DNA of 64,000 nucleotides from Balanoglossus misakiensis (lineage: Eukaryota; Animalia; Hemichordata). Below the pieces are notes generated by a model. The model saw nothing but the letters and a program-made list of their open reading frames with translations. It was not told the origin of the DNA and ran no database searches. A program made the position numbers and the translations under genes. Shown here piece after piece: positions 46,102-60,435 of this stretch. The DNA lies in the NCBI GenBank assembly GCA_040954595.2, contig CM082597.2, positions 2,122,735 through 2,186,734 on the forward strand, read 5' to 3'. Within the stretch, counting starts at the first letter, position 1. Each line of letters opens with the position of its first letter.

Positions 46102-49100
46102 ATGAGGACCACAGTTTTGATAATAGCCACCGTTCTTTCATGTCTTGTATTATTTTCCAAAGCCGACAGTAATTTCGTGGTGAGTATGACGAAGCAATTC
46201 ATTTTGTTGTACTCACAGGTGTTTAGACAGTCGGAAAGCAATATATCTCAAATTTCGCTGGAGTATTTCACCATCCCAATCCTAGCTTAGTTTCTCATAG
46301 CGACCATAATTGCGGACGAATATAATTAATGTAAATTTATAATATCGATCGTGAATTGTAGTTCAATTAACCACTTCATTTTCAGTGTAACCGTCGACTA
46401 ATGTCACGTTTCATCTGGGGTTGTACTGAATTCATATTTGTCAGAAACGAAATAGGGCGGAAATAATTTCCAATGTATGTGCACACACGGTTATAGAGCA
46501 ACTTTTGCAAAATAAATAGATGTATTCAAGATATCGGAAAGGGAAAGCGCGCAATTGGAGTGTGTGTAATTTAACTTAATTTCTGTATTTGGGTTTCCAA
46601 TTTCTGTAATTGAATCCGACGTAACTTATCTGCCAAACGGTCCCAGGGGTTATAAAAAGGAAATCTTACCACAAGACCGGTGGAATCTTCTTTTCCCAGG
46701 GTCTATAATATGTGTTATCTCTGTGTGATACATTTTGAGACAAGCCTCGTATTTTGATCGTTCAGTCTCTGCATACCACAAAGGCGGGAATTGTATCAAA
46801 CAAAACGCGCGCTCAGTTTTTCGCGGGCAAACTCGTGGGAACATTCGAGTGATACATTTTGTGACAAGCCTCGTATTTTGATCGTTCAGCAGTCTCTGCA
46901 CACCACAAAGGCGGGGAAAATGTATCAAACAAAACGCGCGCTCAGTTTTTCGCGGGAAAACTCGTGGGAACATTCGAGTGATACATTTTGTGACAAGCCT
47001 CGCATTTTGATCGTTCAGTCTCTGCACACCACAAAGGCGGGAAAAAATGTATCAAACAAAACGCGCGCTCAGTTTTTCGCGGGCAAACTCGTGGGAACAT
47101 TCGAGTGATACATTTTGTGACAAGCCTCGTATTTTGATCGTTCAGCAGTCTCTGCACACCACAAAGGCGGGGAAAATGTATCAAACAAAACGCGCGCTCA
47201 GTTTTTCGCGGGAAAACTCGTGGGAACATTCGAGTGATACATTTTGTGACAAGCCTCGCATTTTGATCGTTCAGTCTCTGCACACCACAAAGGCGGGAAA
47301 AAATGTATCAAACAAAACGCGCGCTTAGTTTTTTCGCGGGAAAACTCGTGGGAACATCCGATATTCCTTGCACGTCGTGTTTTACACCGTCCCCAAGTGA
47401 CAAACTTAAATTATCCATGGCTATGAATATTTGCGATATGATAAGGGGCGTTCCAGTCCTTGAGCACAACTGGCGATGCGTTCATGAAACTGCGAAAAAG
47501 TACATATCTGCAGAAAAAAATTGACGATGGAAACAATTTATTTAGCTTGACATTAGGCGACATATTTTTGTTTCACTTGTTTCAAGTCGGGCGGACAATT
47601 TTTCTTGGGCGAACAAAGGGTTTACGAATCGTGTATTCGAAGAGTCCCAACTGTCCCTAAAACGTTTTAAAACCCCAGCCCTGATTGGCCAGAGTCGGTG
47701 AAAAGATATAGTGGTACGAAAACCGTTAGCGGTGTGACATTTATGTAGTCGGTTCATTGCCCCTTACGGTGAAAATACGTTCCTGATTTTAAAAGTTCTC
47801 GTGCGCCAACCGATGACTGACTTTACGCAGAATAATAATTCCACTTAACCAATTTCACTACAAGTGGAAATATTTCTACGAAGACTGACTCATCGTACTG
47901 CAACCTTAGAAGTAACCACTTTGCCGGAATCCTTTCCCCCTTCATATCTCCTCAAACATATTAATGCATTCTGCATTTATCTGTACGAATTTTCCCCAGG
48001 AAAACGTCAATGCAAAATTTAATTATCTTAAAACGAGTGTAGTAATCTGACCATCATTCGCCTAAGTGAACCACGAGTAATAATAACCATCTTACTTGGA
48101 AGTTGTGAGCAGGTGAACTTTATAAGCAAAAAGGGAAATATCTCCAATATGTGCTTATATCACTTGCTTATCACGGTAAACGCTCCCAAAATAGTTCTCT
48201 CTTGCAGATTTTAGATACAAGATACAAATCATTCCGATTTTACCAATATCTGAAATTATAAAAGCCTGTAGCAGAATTCAGTTAAAGTATGATCGAAAAA
48301 AATATGCCACGAGCACGCCTAAGTGAGTTGTTATTGATTCTCGCCTTTTCTAATTACAGGGTGCTGGTAGATCAGAGAAAATACCGGTAAGTCACGCAAA
48401 TATTGTAGTTACTTGTTAAGACAATATATTTAATAACGTAGGCCCACATATCGATGAATATTGATATGCGTGGATAGAGTGTGTAGTTATTTCATTGATT
48501 TATCTGCTGCCAATTTTGACAAGAAGAGAAAATTCAGCACGTTTCGTGCGAAGAGTTGTGGGTCTAATCTGACGACACCCACTTTGTGTCTTAGTTATCT
48601 TCAGAACGTCATTCTGTCTCCAAAGTGGTGACCTTAGTTCATTGCGCTGAAGGAGATCGTGATCTTTTGAGCCTCGACAGTCTTGCACATTTTCGTTTAA
48701 TCTTCCTAATCTTAATGGACTTAGGAGTGAAAAAGGTGCACCGCCTTTCTACAGCTAGTTATCCATGCACTTTGCGTTGTCGAATCTTTCCGGAAGTCTG
48801 CAGATATCAAACATGCTTGCCTGTTTCGCATGGGTCACCTAGGGTGGCCTCTTAGTTCCTTCTGCAACCAGATAACCTAAGTTCACTGTCTTTCTGAGCC
48901 GCCCTAGCTTACTCTCTGAGAGATAAAACCAACCGTTCTTCATACGCCTCGCTGAGCTCATCATACCTTCAACAAATTACACGTTCTAGTTGAAAGATCA
49001 CATTTTCGCCAAGCCTCTGAATATAAATCAACGTCCCATTTATTGGCTTATCTGTTAACGGAGATCTACAGTCTTCCGGGAACCTCTAATCTAACAGACC

Positions 49101-52100
49101 AATCAACGCCTTGTGCGCTATTTATATGATGTGCACACATCCATCTTTATCATAGCCGTTAGTTGTAAATCATGATGGAAGAAAAATACGAAAAATTAGA
49201 TTTGCAAACAATGTGGTTGTTCCTTTTTATTACACTGTACATTATGGCAAACAAAGCGACGTTATTTTTTCACGTTTTCATATTTACTTAGATATAACAT
49301 GTATTGGTTGGCGTGTCTCCCTGAAAAGTAGAAACAATGCTGATTGCTTCTTAAAGTCGCATATGTGGAATTCAGACGACCCCCCTTTAAAACAGTAACG
49401 AATAATTCCGCCCCGGTATGAGATGATTCATGACATTGATTGGCATAATTACCAACTAAATAGATTCTGAAATATTGTTACTGGGGGCATGATTACTTTG
49501 TGCGCTGTTATTAGTGATCAGGACTTTGTTTGGTGTATAAAGATCAATCAATCAACGATGACAGTCCCCCCTTTTCAATCACTAGGTGTCACCGCTATTA
49601 GTTTATTAAAATTCTATTGCTTTGGTAATGATTGATAGAGCAGTCACTTATAAACTGGTAATTATTTTACACTGTACATGTCAAGAAAATGTCTCAGACG
49701 AGCATATTAGGTTACATATCATCGTTCAAGTTTGACATACAATGTCAAAATAAGCGTTCTCCAAGTGATAGATTATACTGGTGTTTTCCATAACACCTGC
49801 CAAATAAATAAGACTCGGGTAATTGGTCGCAAGGCCTCATAGGATCACACCGTGCGATTCGTTGATATGTTCCAAACAAATTCATTTATCTCTTTTAGTT
49901 TGCAATTACCACTGTCATTTGTTGGAGGTGGAACCGGTCAAGCAGACACAGGTTCCACTGAATTCACCCTTAGGAATGTCAGAAATAGTATGCATGTAGT
50001 AATCAACTCACCAGTCAATCAATCAATCAATCAAGCAATCATTTAAGAAATCTATTTCTACACAAAGGTAATTTGCATATGACACGTATCATTGCATCTA
50101 CGGTTGTTTTACTTCATCATATGTGACTCAATGTTATTTCGGTTCATATACCTCAAACTCCCCACAATTCCAATTTGATGCACGTCTGCTGAAGGTAACC
50201 ATTATGGGGAAGACAACGATCCCATGGTGAGATTTCAATTTTAAAAGAGAGTACATTAAACGCGCTCGCCGAAATTATCTTCACGATGCAATTAAACGGA
50301 ACAGACCAATAATAGAGTTATGTATTATCGTTTCGCCGTGTGTGCTTCAAATCCATCGATTAAGCCCCAGGAAAGAAACGAGGTTGGCGACGCGATTTGG
50401 CTTACTAAGGTCCCGCTGTCCCCGGGGAGCATTTCGGGGAATAGCCAATGTCATGAAAACTCTGAACTGTCCAAGATTGTCTCGGATTTGCAATACCAAA
50501 TGAAATTGGAAAGTTAAAAAAATTAGTTTTCATAATATTTGTCAGTCTGCCGAGCATTGTTAATGAAGACAGTGCGCGGATATAGAACACAAAATGTCCT
50601 GATATCCAAGAAGTGTGGTTTTATGTCTAAATTTTTCTTGTAACCAAATGACGTGTTTCTACTTTTACAAACTCACACCGTACAAAAGCACTAGGAAACT
50701 TCATAATGGCCTTTGTGACAGTGATGGATCGGATTGTCTTTAAAACTAAAAAGAAGCAATTAATCTTTATGGACAAAGGTACATAAATTGTGTGTAAATA
50801 ATTGATAAAGAGTGCATGAAGTATTTACTTCACGTGTTGGCTTCAGCTAAGTGAGCAAACATACTATGAAAATGTACACCACTTCATGATTTCATCGACA
50901 ATTAAGTACACAGCATCTCAGGGAAATGAAATTCTTCCGAATCGAGATATCCTGTTGAATTCATGTAGAGCCATCATAAAAATTAATTATAAAACGAAAA
51001 GTGGGTGTGTACTATGAAGTTCGGAATAGCAACAGTTTTCAATTTCCCTGATAGAGGTGAATGTAGAGCAGAGCAATTACTATGAAATGCATATCTAAAT
51101 TAAACTGGCGCCATTGGCCGTCGCGATGTACGTTGTTAGTCAAACAGCGAGCGATCAACGAACTGCACGTGAGGCATTGTTCCCACTGTTGAGGGAGACC
51201 CTGCCAACCAATACATATTATGTCAAAGTAACTTGGGTATGTGATAAAAAATGACTACACATTGTTTACCATGATGTACAGTGTAGCAGTTACAGTTTTG
51301 CCCATACCTGCGCAGTCGCAGAGGGGACGACACCTACCCTTAAATTTTCTCAATATGCATGTCAAAAGAAAACTTTCTTTGTCCCTGGAATCCCTTGAAC
51401 CAACACGACTTGAAGCTTGCAGTATACTTTTAAATTAGACATCCGGGATAGTGGCAATCTTAACTGACTAAGTGAGCGAACATTGACAAAATGTTAATAT
51501 TTCGTATCCAATTACACTTGTCGATACTCTGAGATAAATGCCATGATAGATAAGCTGGGAATGGTCACATAATGGCAAGCGGATATTAATATTGATGATA
51601 GATGTGTGGCGATAACAGCGGTCTAAGATTATAGATGACTCGTTTCATTTTTGTCCTGGCTCTAAATTTAATTAGGGCAATCTGTGTTGAAAATCGAAGG
51701 CGAGAGCAGAATATTTTTTTTCCAGAGGTAGTCAGCCCAGGGTTCATTAGCGCATGAAATATGGAAGGAAGCGAAGACAGTTCACTATTTGAATGCGTCA
51801 AACGCAAAATTTGCAGAACATTTGGATTGGACGTAATGTTTGTACACACGAAATTGCGCACATGCGCATGAGACGATCGTCGGCCTTTTAATGAAATCTC
51901 TACAATTCTGGTAGAAAATGAACGTGCATATTCCGCTAAGTGGAACTTTTGATTCGTTCGTCCTCTACACGTCGGACATATGGCAGCGACGAGACCGCGT
52001 TGCGTTCAATAAACGCGGTGATTGACGGTGACATGGGCTGTCGTGCGCTGAGTGAGTGTCTAACGTAAAACTTGGTGTTCATTTTTTTATATTGCTAATA

Positions 52101-55100
52101 AGATCAAGAGTGACGCTAATCATACTACAGTTTGTCATGCCATTAAGAGCTTTCACTTAAAATCGAACAAATGAATCAGGAACGCAATTTACACTTGGGG
52201 GAAACTCTAATTTCAGTAAATCGACGTGTCTTTCAACTGCGTTTTACCTCGATGTTTAGTTAATGAAAATGTCTTGATTTACTTAGTGTGCTTCCAAAAG
52301 GGAAGCGTAAAGTGTAGGCAAATGAATGAAAATTGCCACAGTAATGTCGCAGATCGGTGCTTTCACGTCTTGAACGTGGTTGGAATAAATTAACCTACAC
52401 CAAACTTCCTGTTTTCTCGTTCCTCGCAAGCCTGCTTGTTCTATCGACACAGAAGTCCAGTTTCTTGGACGTAGCTGTCAGTACTTCACAGGAGGGTGTG
52501 CAAAGACCGAGAAAATTAATAGCATCACATCTGTACGCAGCGCGAATGTTCCCCTAATGGTGATTAGAAAGAACAAGGATATCTCCCCACGGCGTTTTTA
52601 GAAAAATTCAAAACATTTACCTTTCGACGTAATTTGTGAGCGATGACTGCGTGGATATTTTCAACACCTGATACATTCTCAGGAATTAGACTCGCTTGAT
52701 ATTGAATGAAACGACCCGGAGAATGGTAAGGTGACCCATCGGAAAATAAATGAGTTTTTATACCATCGTGTTAACGTTACCTCGCTGTATCACGTAATGG
52801 AACACCTGGTTTGCAAACAGTTCCAGTCTCATGTGTGTCGGAATCGATCTTATCAAGTTTCATAATTAGTAACTTGAGACGTCACATTTTCAAACTCATT
52901 TGATTTGTGATGTCAACGATTCATTGATTAAGGGACTGGGGATGGTGTGCACGAGGATGCCATATTAGACTCCGGAGCGGAAAATTCGTTCATTCATTCA
53001 CTCACTCACTAACTCACTCGTTGGTTGGTTGGTTTGTTGGTCAATCAAGCAATCGAGCTATTGATCCATTGATCATCGACAATACCCAAGTCACCACAGG
53101 CAAATCAATTAACCGGTTAACCGGTTAAAAGTCTAATACTAGAGTCACATCTGCTCCCCTGGACCTGCGAGGCAGTTTTAACAAAATAGGCAATGACTGT
53201 TGACCTCTGTGGAATATACAGCTGAACCAGCCCCTTTTTAATAACAAAAACACACTTCAGAATCAAATAATGACGCATAAATATTGAAATGATAGAAAGA
53301 TGAAAACTTCTGAATAATTGACCAGAACACCAGATGGCACGTTCACAAACTATAATGAAAGATATGAATAAAACAGTATCTTGTATGGTATGTATTTTGT
53401 ACCAGAATTATTTTCCGGTTTAATAAACTGCGGGACGATAGATAAGTCGGACATGCGCAGTTTGGACGACCCCCACCCTTTAAGTGTTAGACCAAGAAAT
53501 AGCTACTTGTGAAAGCGTTTTCAATGTTTGCGTGTGAAACAAAATACCGGTGCTTCAATGCAAAAACGGACAACTTCCTGAATCGTCAAAAAGCATCTAC
53601 TGAGATTGCTCAAGGGGAACCGGATTTTAAAAGTTGAAGTGATCAATATTTCACGTTCAGATAACAATATGTTTTCGTATAAATTCACACAAAATGAGTT
53701 GGCCTGGGGAAATTCTGAATGTCGTTTTTGAGATGGAGAATAAGCCCATCACTCACCTCAAAATATCAATGATTGCATTTTAAATTTTGATATCCGACAA
53801 AAGCCTGTGGAAAAAATCCATTATCGTGGTTTCTCGGAGAAAAAGAGTTCTTAACACTCAAATTTGTTTGCTGGCCTCTATGTCATGAAGACTACACGCG
53901 AAGTATCGCAAGTTTGTAACGATTCCGACGTTATCATATTATGAGTTTCATGTGATAAAATGCCAAATGTAATCAGTGTGGAAGCACGCAAGAGGCAAGC
54001 AGGCGTAATTGGCGAATCTGGTCCACAGTGAGGGGGTCCACAGCAATGAATGACGCAATTAATCGCTAGCGAAGAGACTAATACAATTTACAAATCCACC
54101 CCACGACAGCTCGACGGGCGGTTATTCAAATAACGATGCGGTGAAATTATCGCTTTCTTCTTATCCACTGAAGTACACGACGCTAATCGGGGAGTGAGTC
54201 GATACTGCCGGTCTGGCATCGTGATTTCTTGTCGGTGGCTTTGACACGACACTCCAGAATGGTGAGGGTGTCATTACCACAATTCATGCAAACAGCGAGG
54301 CGTCTTGCCGGTACTCAAGTCGTAAAACATGCTGAAGGATCAACTGTTTGAATAAAAACGCAACCGAGCGCGACTCGTCTAGTTATTGGCAAACACGAAC
54401 GCTGGGCTGTAAAACTGTCGGTATGGCCAACCTAAATGTTATCGAAGTGCTGTGATTCACGAGTCTAAAGTTATTTATGTCACTCTATCTTAATGCTGTA
54501 CAGTGTATACCGCTTTCCAAGACGACATAAGAGCTGTCGATATTGGACAAACCAGGAAAGAAAATTTACACCGTTTCACGTATCTCAGACGGTAGAGGGT
54601 ATCGATATAACCCTCATCCCCAAATTCTCATACTCTACAATCTGTCAACATTTTAGCTTGTAAATTCACAATTAAAACAACATTTCTATTCTGTTGGGAG
54701 TCGTAAAGTCCTGGGCTTACAGTGAGTAAAATAAAAACGTTCCAACGGATCGCTAGGGAACATTTTGTTCGTTGCAGATACCTAAAGGTTGCAATAAATC
54801 GAAACGTGCCTTTGTGATTAAAATACTAAAGGTGACTTTATAGCGTCAATAGACATAAAAATAACTCATGTGTAATTATATTTGCACAAGCATTGCGTCG
54901 TTATTTCAAAACGTGGAATCACGTCTGACGAATTAATTGTTGAGTAGAGGCAAAAAATCAAGACGAGAGGCAATAGATTTTAAGTGGCGTTCAGCGTCGT
55001 CACTTCCGGGCAAGAAGGAAGAAAGATTGTAACAGGAAGTTCATAAGTGCGTATCATCTTGAAAATGACGCATGTTATATATGGTATAAGAGATAAAAAA

Positions 55101-58100
55101 AAAAATTCCGGTTCGTCCCCTTTTCCCAAGCTAATTTTATCCGCCGTCAAGTTTATCTCGTGTTTGATCTATTAATTGACCAATTCATTACTTAACAAGC
55201 AAGGCCATTACTGGCAAAGAGATCAATTAACCACACTTTGGGAATCTTTGGCCTATGTATGACGTTAGTGCCTGTACTGGCGGTCTTTGACGCTTGCGCC
55301 TGTGATAAAGCCGTGATTGGCAGATATGATAAGTTCATTTCGGTGCGTTGGCACATTTTATAATTTGGCATTCTGTGTCCACGGAGTCCCGGAGCGTTAA
55401 TTATGAAACTGACGAAAGGTTCATCAGGCATGCGGAGACACGTAGGCACCGACACGTACACCGAGCGAAAATTTGTAAAACAAAAACCACGATCATAACT
55501 ATTAATAACCACTCTCTTTTTCTTTGTAGTGTGAAAATGATAGTTTACTGGGAAAGCACGAAAAATGCATGGGAGGTTCCAGATTTCTGCAGTGGAAATG
55601 CAGATGCGAATGGCCGTATGAGTGTGACTACTCTCCTTCCCACAAGGCGTACGTGTGTATGGCACAAGAAGATTACGACAGGTATGTAAAAGTCTTCTCT
55701 TACTATTGTATGGTTTGTTTGCATATACATGTGTGTGACGTCATGTCCAATTTCTTGTACGTACATCAGTATGCAAGAGTGTGATTGGTCGTCTTGGCTC
55801 CATTGAGTGATGCTTATTAGTCGGCTTTCCCCGCAAATTTGGCACATTGCCATAATAGACTGTTTTCCGAACCCCGCGAGACCCTACGAGATTTCGCGTG
55901 GCTTGGCAGTTTACATGGGAGGTTCTATGTGACAGAGGATGACATAAGCTGTTCTTGCTCGCCCGCGCTTCGCTCACTCACTCACAACCAAAACACCCAA
56001 AATCCTAACCACCCACCCACCCACCCACCCACTCACTCACTCACTCGTTTACAGTAAAATTCATTCGTTTCAACATTACCGTTTCCCTAGCTACTCGAGG
56101 AATATTGACAGTAACCTTCAAGTTATTGTAAAACAAATTAATTAATTTTAAATTGCAAGAATAGGAAATTAAAATTCGGGAGAGACCACCAAGATAGTGT
56201 ATTTTACACAATGTCACAAAGGACGGAAATTCTCTCACATGAGCGCAAACAATTCATGAAAAGAAAACAAAATGGTGTTAGTTTTCCTTCAAGAGCTTAC
56301 GTCACGTGCTTACATGTTGGAATTTTGAGGATCGAGGGGCAAACAAAGAATTTAATCAAAATTTGCTCAATGCAGTTACTGGGATCGCTTACCGTGTGTT
56401 TTCTTAGGTTTCTGTACATCCGGACAATACACTCGTCCGCCGATAGCAACATATTAAAAATAGAGAGAATGGAATGGATTAATAGCAATAGACAGGCGGG
56501 TTCCAGTCCCGAGGTAAATGCTTACGAAACTCAAAGCAATGCGTACCAGTTTCAGTTAAGGCGACACTAACATATACATACATGTACAATAGATAAGTTG
56601 TAAAATGTGTAATGAAGTAGGTATGTCGGGCGAGTTTAGTAACGGGCCAATATTGCTGGTTTGATTTGTAGAGGAACGCTGTTCGATTCAAGAATACCGC
56701 AGCGTCAGGCGGGTTCCAGTCTCGAGGACACTCAAACGGACGACACTTTGCCAGCGGTTTGCGACGTATGTTTTGCATTAAGAGAAACGTGTAACTTAGT
56801 TGAAGAAAGCCAGTCACGTGATTAATAGCAATAGACAGGATGGTCCAAACGGCTCAAATTCCACAAGAAACCTGTAAGTTTCGACTTCCGATTTGATTCA
56901 TTCAATTTCGCGCATGCTCATTTTTGTCATGATCCCTCCCTAGAAAGACGACAATTTATTGTTGCCAACATTTATGATTTTTCAATTATTAAAAAAATGG
57001 CGGCTTTCGTTCCATCAAAATTAATTCTGAAAAAATAAGCCCATATAAGTTTCACTACTAACCTCATTTCTTGTCATAATTCATCTCATCTCTAGTTGTT
57101 GCACGGTTCTCATTAAGGTTTCATACATTCATACTTTAGTGCGGTGGCAACCGAGCTGGCTTCTGGCAGGAAATTGGAATTAATTCATTTCGTCTCTCTC
57201 GTCTCGCCAATAACAGATCAAAAGCCAGGGTATAGAGAAAATCGCACGCCACGAGTGAAGCACGTTTGACATTTACCCAAAGACAAGAAAGATTGCCCGG
57301 TGGTTTGACCGCTACTAATGGGGTTTAACTTGCGTTTGACGATAAAGAGACTCTTGACAGTTTTTTTTTATCAGTGATGACAATTTACAGCAGATTTATG
57401 CTTTTGATAAACAATGTAAATCTAGATTACGCTTGTCTTCATGATGTGATTGCTCTGTATGTAGATTCCAATCGCGCAGGGAGCTCTCGAAGCGTCCGGT
57501 CAAACTTGACGGAAAGTGCGCCTCAGCTAGGAGTTTAATTTGTCGCAGTTGATATTTCTAAATAACCGGATCTCGCTAGACATCCGCGTCATTTATTTCG
57601 GTCAGTGATTTTAATTTCAAACGGAGGCTGCCCGCGCAGATCTTTAATGCGAGCTCCATAATAATTGCGCCTGAAAAAAAAACCTTCATAAACTTTATCG
57701 GTCGGTATAGATGCTTTAACTGCTTATTGGAAAAATATACATGTTAAACTTTCGTCCTCAGCTGGGTGGGTTGTTATGCGTTTGCGTAGCAGTGTCGTAA
57801 AGTGTGTGTTTTGTCACGTGACATGTTGTACAAAACAGGAAAAATAACGTTTAGAATACTGTTCGAAGTTTAGGAATTGGAGTGAATGTTATACCACGCT
57901 ACCACGAAGGATTTCGTGCGTTGAATTCAAACTCCTCGGTGTAACCCTCGCATCTTGGAATACGGAGTAGGTTTGTAAAGTACGCGATTTTTACACTTGC
58001 AGTTCTAATCTTGTCGACATCAGCGGCTACGCGAGACGAGAAACTCCACCCGGAATGTGTTAGAGTAAAACACTGGCGATTAATGAATGTAAATGCGGGT

Positions 58101-59348
58101 ATTTGTCTCACATGATTTCAACAAGAACAGATAAGACAGAAAACACACCTGATAACATCTCTATTCCTCTCAGTTCCCTCAAGATTACTATCACTTTTTT
58201 CTTTCGACATACCGTGAATACTGTTAACCGTTAAAATAAATTTCTCATCTCATCTATGGGGTCGCTGGGTCAGTGTCTGCTAAATTTAGTCGCGGCAAAA
58301 TTTTGACAAGTGCCTAATTGAATTTCCGATCGTAAATTTCATTATGGTTCGTTTTCTCGCTAACTGCGGAGGGGGGAATATTAACAAAATGTGCATTAGG
58401 ACATTCGTGGTTTGATTGAAGTTGTCGTGTGTCTGAATTAGCAAGTTGTGGTGCTGCGATTTTTTATAACTTCAACGTGATTGTGTTTTCTGACGAAAAG
58501 GCCAGTATCGTCTAATTACACGTCCTGTAACCTTGCTGTGTGTCTAGGCTGTGTCTTGTTCACCACATAAGTGAATAAAAGCCCACGATTGTAGTAAGGG
58601 TTTTGTCCCGGCGAAAGCATTGTAAAAGAAACATTATTACATGACGGGGGAAGTACACACATAGTCATGCCCCCTGACCTATGCCGTTAATGTGTGAGTC
58701 GATTTGCCGTAACATGACGCAAATTAAAAAGTACTTACTTTCCAGAGGTACGCACGCTTTAAAGGAAGTCCCAGCGGGCAATGCGCGATCCTAGTTCCTG
58801 CTTTTATTTTATTCGTCGACAGTCGACCAGATAGTAGAAATTATGTCGCTAGAGTAAGGCGTAAATTGATTCATGTATTTTAGAGTTAGTGAGCGAAAGT
58901 GCCGTTTTGATTCTGCGCCACGCAACAGGCGGCAAGGAAATGTTTGCGATTTCTTGTTAAATTTGTGCTTGCTTGGTGATTGTGGAGAGTGTACGTGTCA
59001 TTGTGTGCTTCACATATGCTTGGGGTAAGGATGAGAGCGCCATCATACGAGCACATAATAACTCTCTTCTGTTTGAAACCGAGGGGCATAGCCTCGTTTT
59101 CGACAGACAGAGACCATCAGAGATGCCTATAAACCAATGTAGATCGATTTGGGCCAACCAGGCATATACAGAAAAGAGATTTACCTCTACGAACAGATAA
59201 CAAGTAAATCGAAAGTGTTCACATGCTACCGGCATAAAGTTTACTCAAAATGGAGGTATTTACTTGTTCATTTTATCATCTTTATGCTCTTTGTGTCTTT
59301 TGTCCACACAGTGACCTACGGGAAGCACTCAAGAGATTCGTGTTATAA
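46102..59348 (+). CDS. Small secreted six-cysteine peptide (~97 aa) with CART/prokineticin-C-half-like cysteine spacing
   Basis: Exons 46102-46179 (signal MRTTVLIIATVLSCLVLFSKADS-NFV|gtgagt), 48360-48386 (GAGRSEKIP), 55530-55681 (CENDSLLGKHEKCMGGSRFLQWKCRCEWPYECDYSPSHKAYVCMAQEDYD) and 59312-59348 (SDLREALKRFVL*). Splice sites are strong and phases compatible, but linkage across the long introns is inferred. Confidence 0.65.
46725..47357. repeat. ~128-bp tandem repeat, ~5 copies, alternating 129/127 bp (256-bp dimer)
   Basis: The unit start GTGATACATTTTG recurs at 46725, 46849, 46978, 47105 and 47234. Duplicated ORFs are offset by 256 bp. Confidence 0.93.
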
Positions 59349-60435
59349 AATGGTCGTCCTCCTCCGGTGATTGCCATATTTTATCAGAATACAGAAAAAC
59401 TGGTGAAAATCTCACCGATTTTTAGATTATGCTGTCGTGACATTTGTATTCTTGTTATTTGACTTTAACGTTGATGTTTTTAATGTTATTTTTAAATAAT
59501 TTGATACACTTTTATTGAAATGACTGACTGTTGATGGTATAGTTAATTATTTTGTGACGTACGGTGAGGGCGCACTTTTGGCTTCTAAACTTCCTTTTGT
59601 CCTTCGGATATTGTTAGTACAGGTACAAAAAATGTTTCGAGAAGGTACTTGTCATTTTGCACACGATCGCAGATGAAATAATCAGTTATAACATTTAACT
59701 CGCTGCATTCGAAGACAAAGAAAATGATTTAAACAGTTGGCTGTTCCATGCATGACCTGTTCTCACGATTCGCACAATGTGAAAAAAATTATGAAAGTAC
59801 TGTATTTGGAATTACAAGCTAGCAGCAAACACGGCGCCAATTATGACTAAGTGCAATAAAAAATAAAATGGTTATACATAAATGCAATATTTTCCACGAG
59901 GGTATGGCTCATGGATTCCATTCCCTGGTCTACATGAAATTGGCAATAGCTTTCAAATTGTCTGTTAGTGTTATTATATTCAGTAGAAGTTCGGAGAACG
60001 AATGCTTTTAGATGTAAAATCTCAGCCACGCATGCACACACTGTAAATATCATTAAGATATCTATACTCCGAGGCTGCGTCACCGAGTTCATTAAAATCT
60101 TGGGTTATGGATGAGAGGTGTTGTCAAACAGTTTAACAACCGTTTCCCCTTGGATTTATAAATCACTACAGCTGTCTGTTATCTAAGCTGGAAGCAGACA
60201 GATGAAGGGGGTTAATCCTTGGTATTACAGATGTGTCCGTTTGGCCATTTAACATTCAGTTCTGTTCGGGTCAATTACCAACGACCTGATCGGTAAATCA
60301 GGTAATTATCTTACTGCCCTTATGATGCTGTACACTATTTTTTCATAGATGGAATAAATGTATTTCTTTCACTTTCATATTGAGTCTCGTCGTCTTTGTA
60401 CAGTCTGTGTAGCAAAAACGGTAGGTAATAAGTAA

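Noticed and set aside
46650-47524. Repeated ORFs (MYQTKRALSF.., MQRLNDQN..)
   Set aside because: Products of the 128-bp intronic tandem repeat, with frame-breaking unit lengths.
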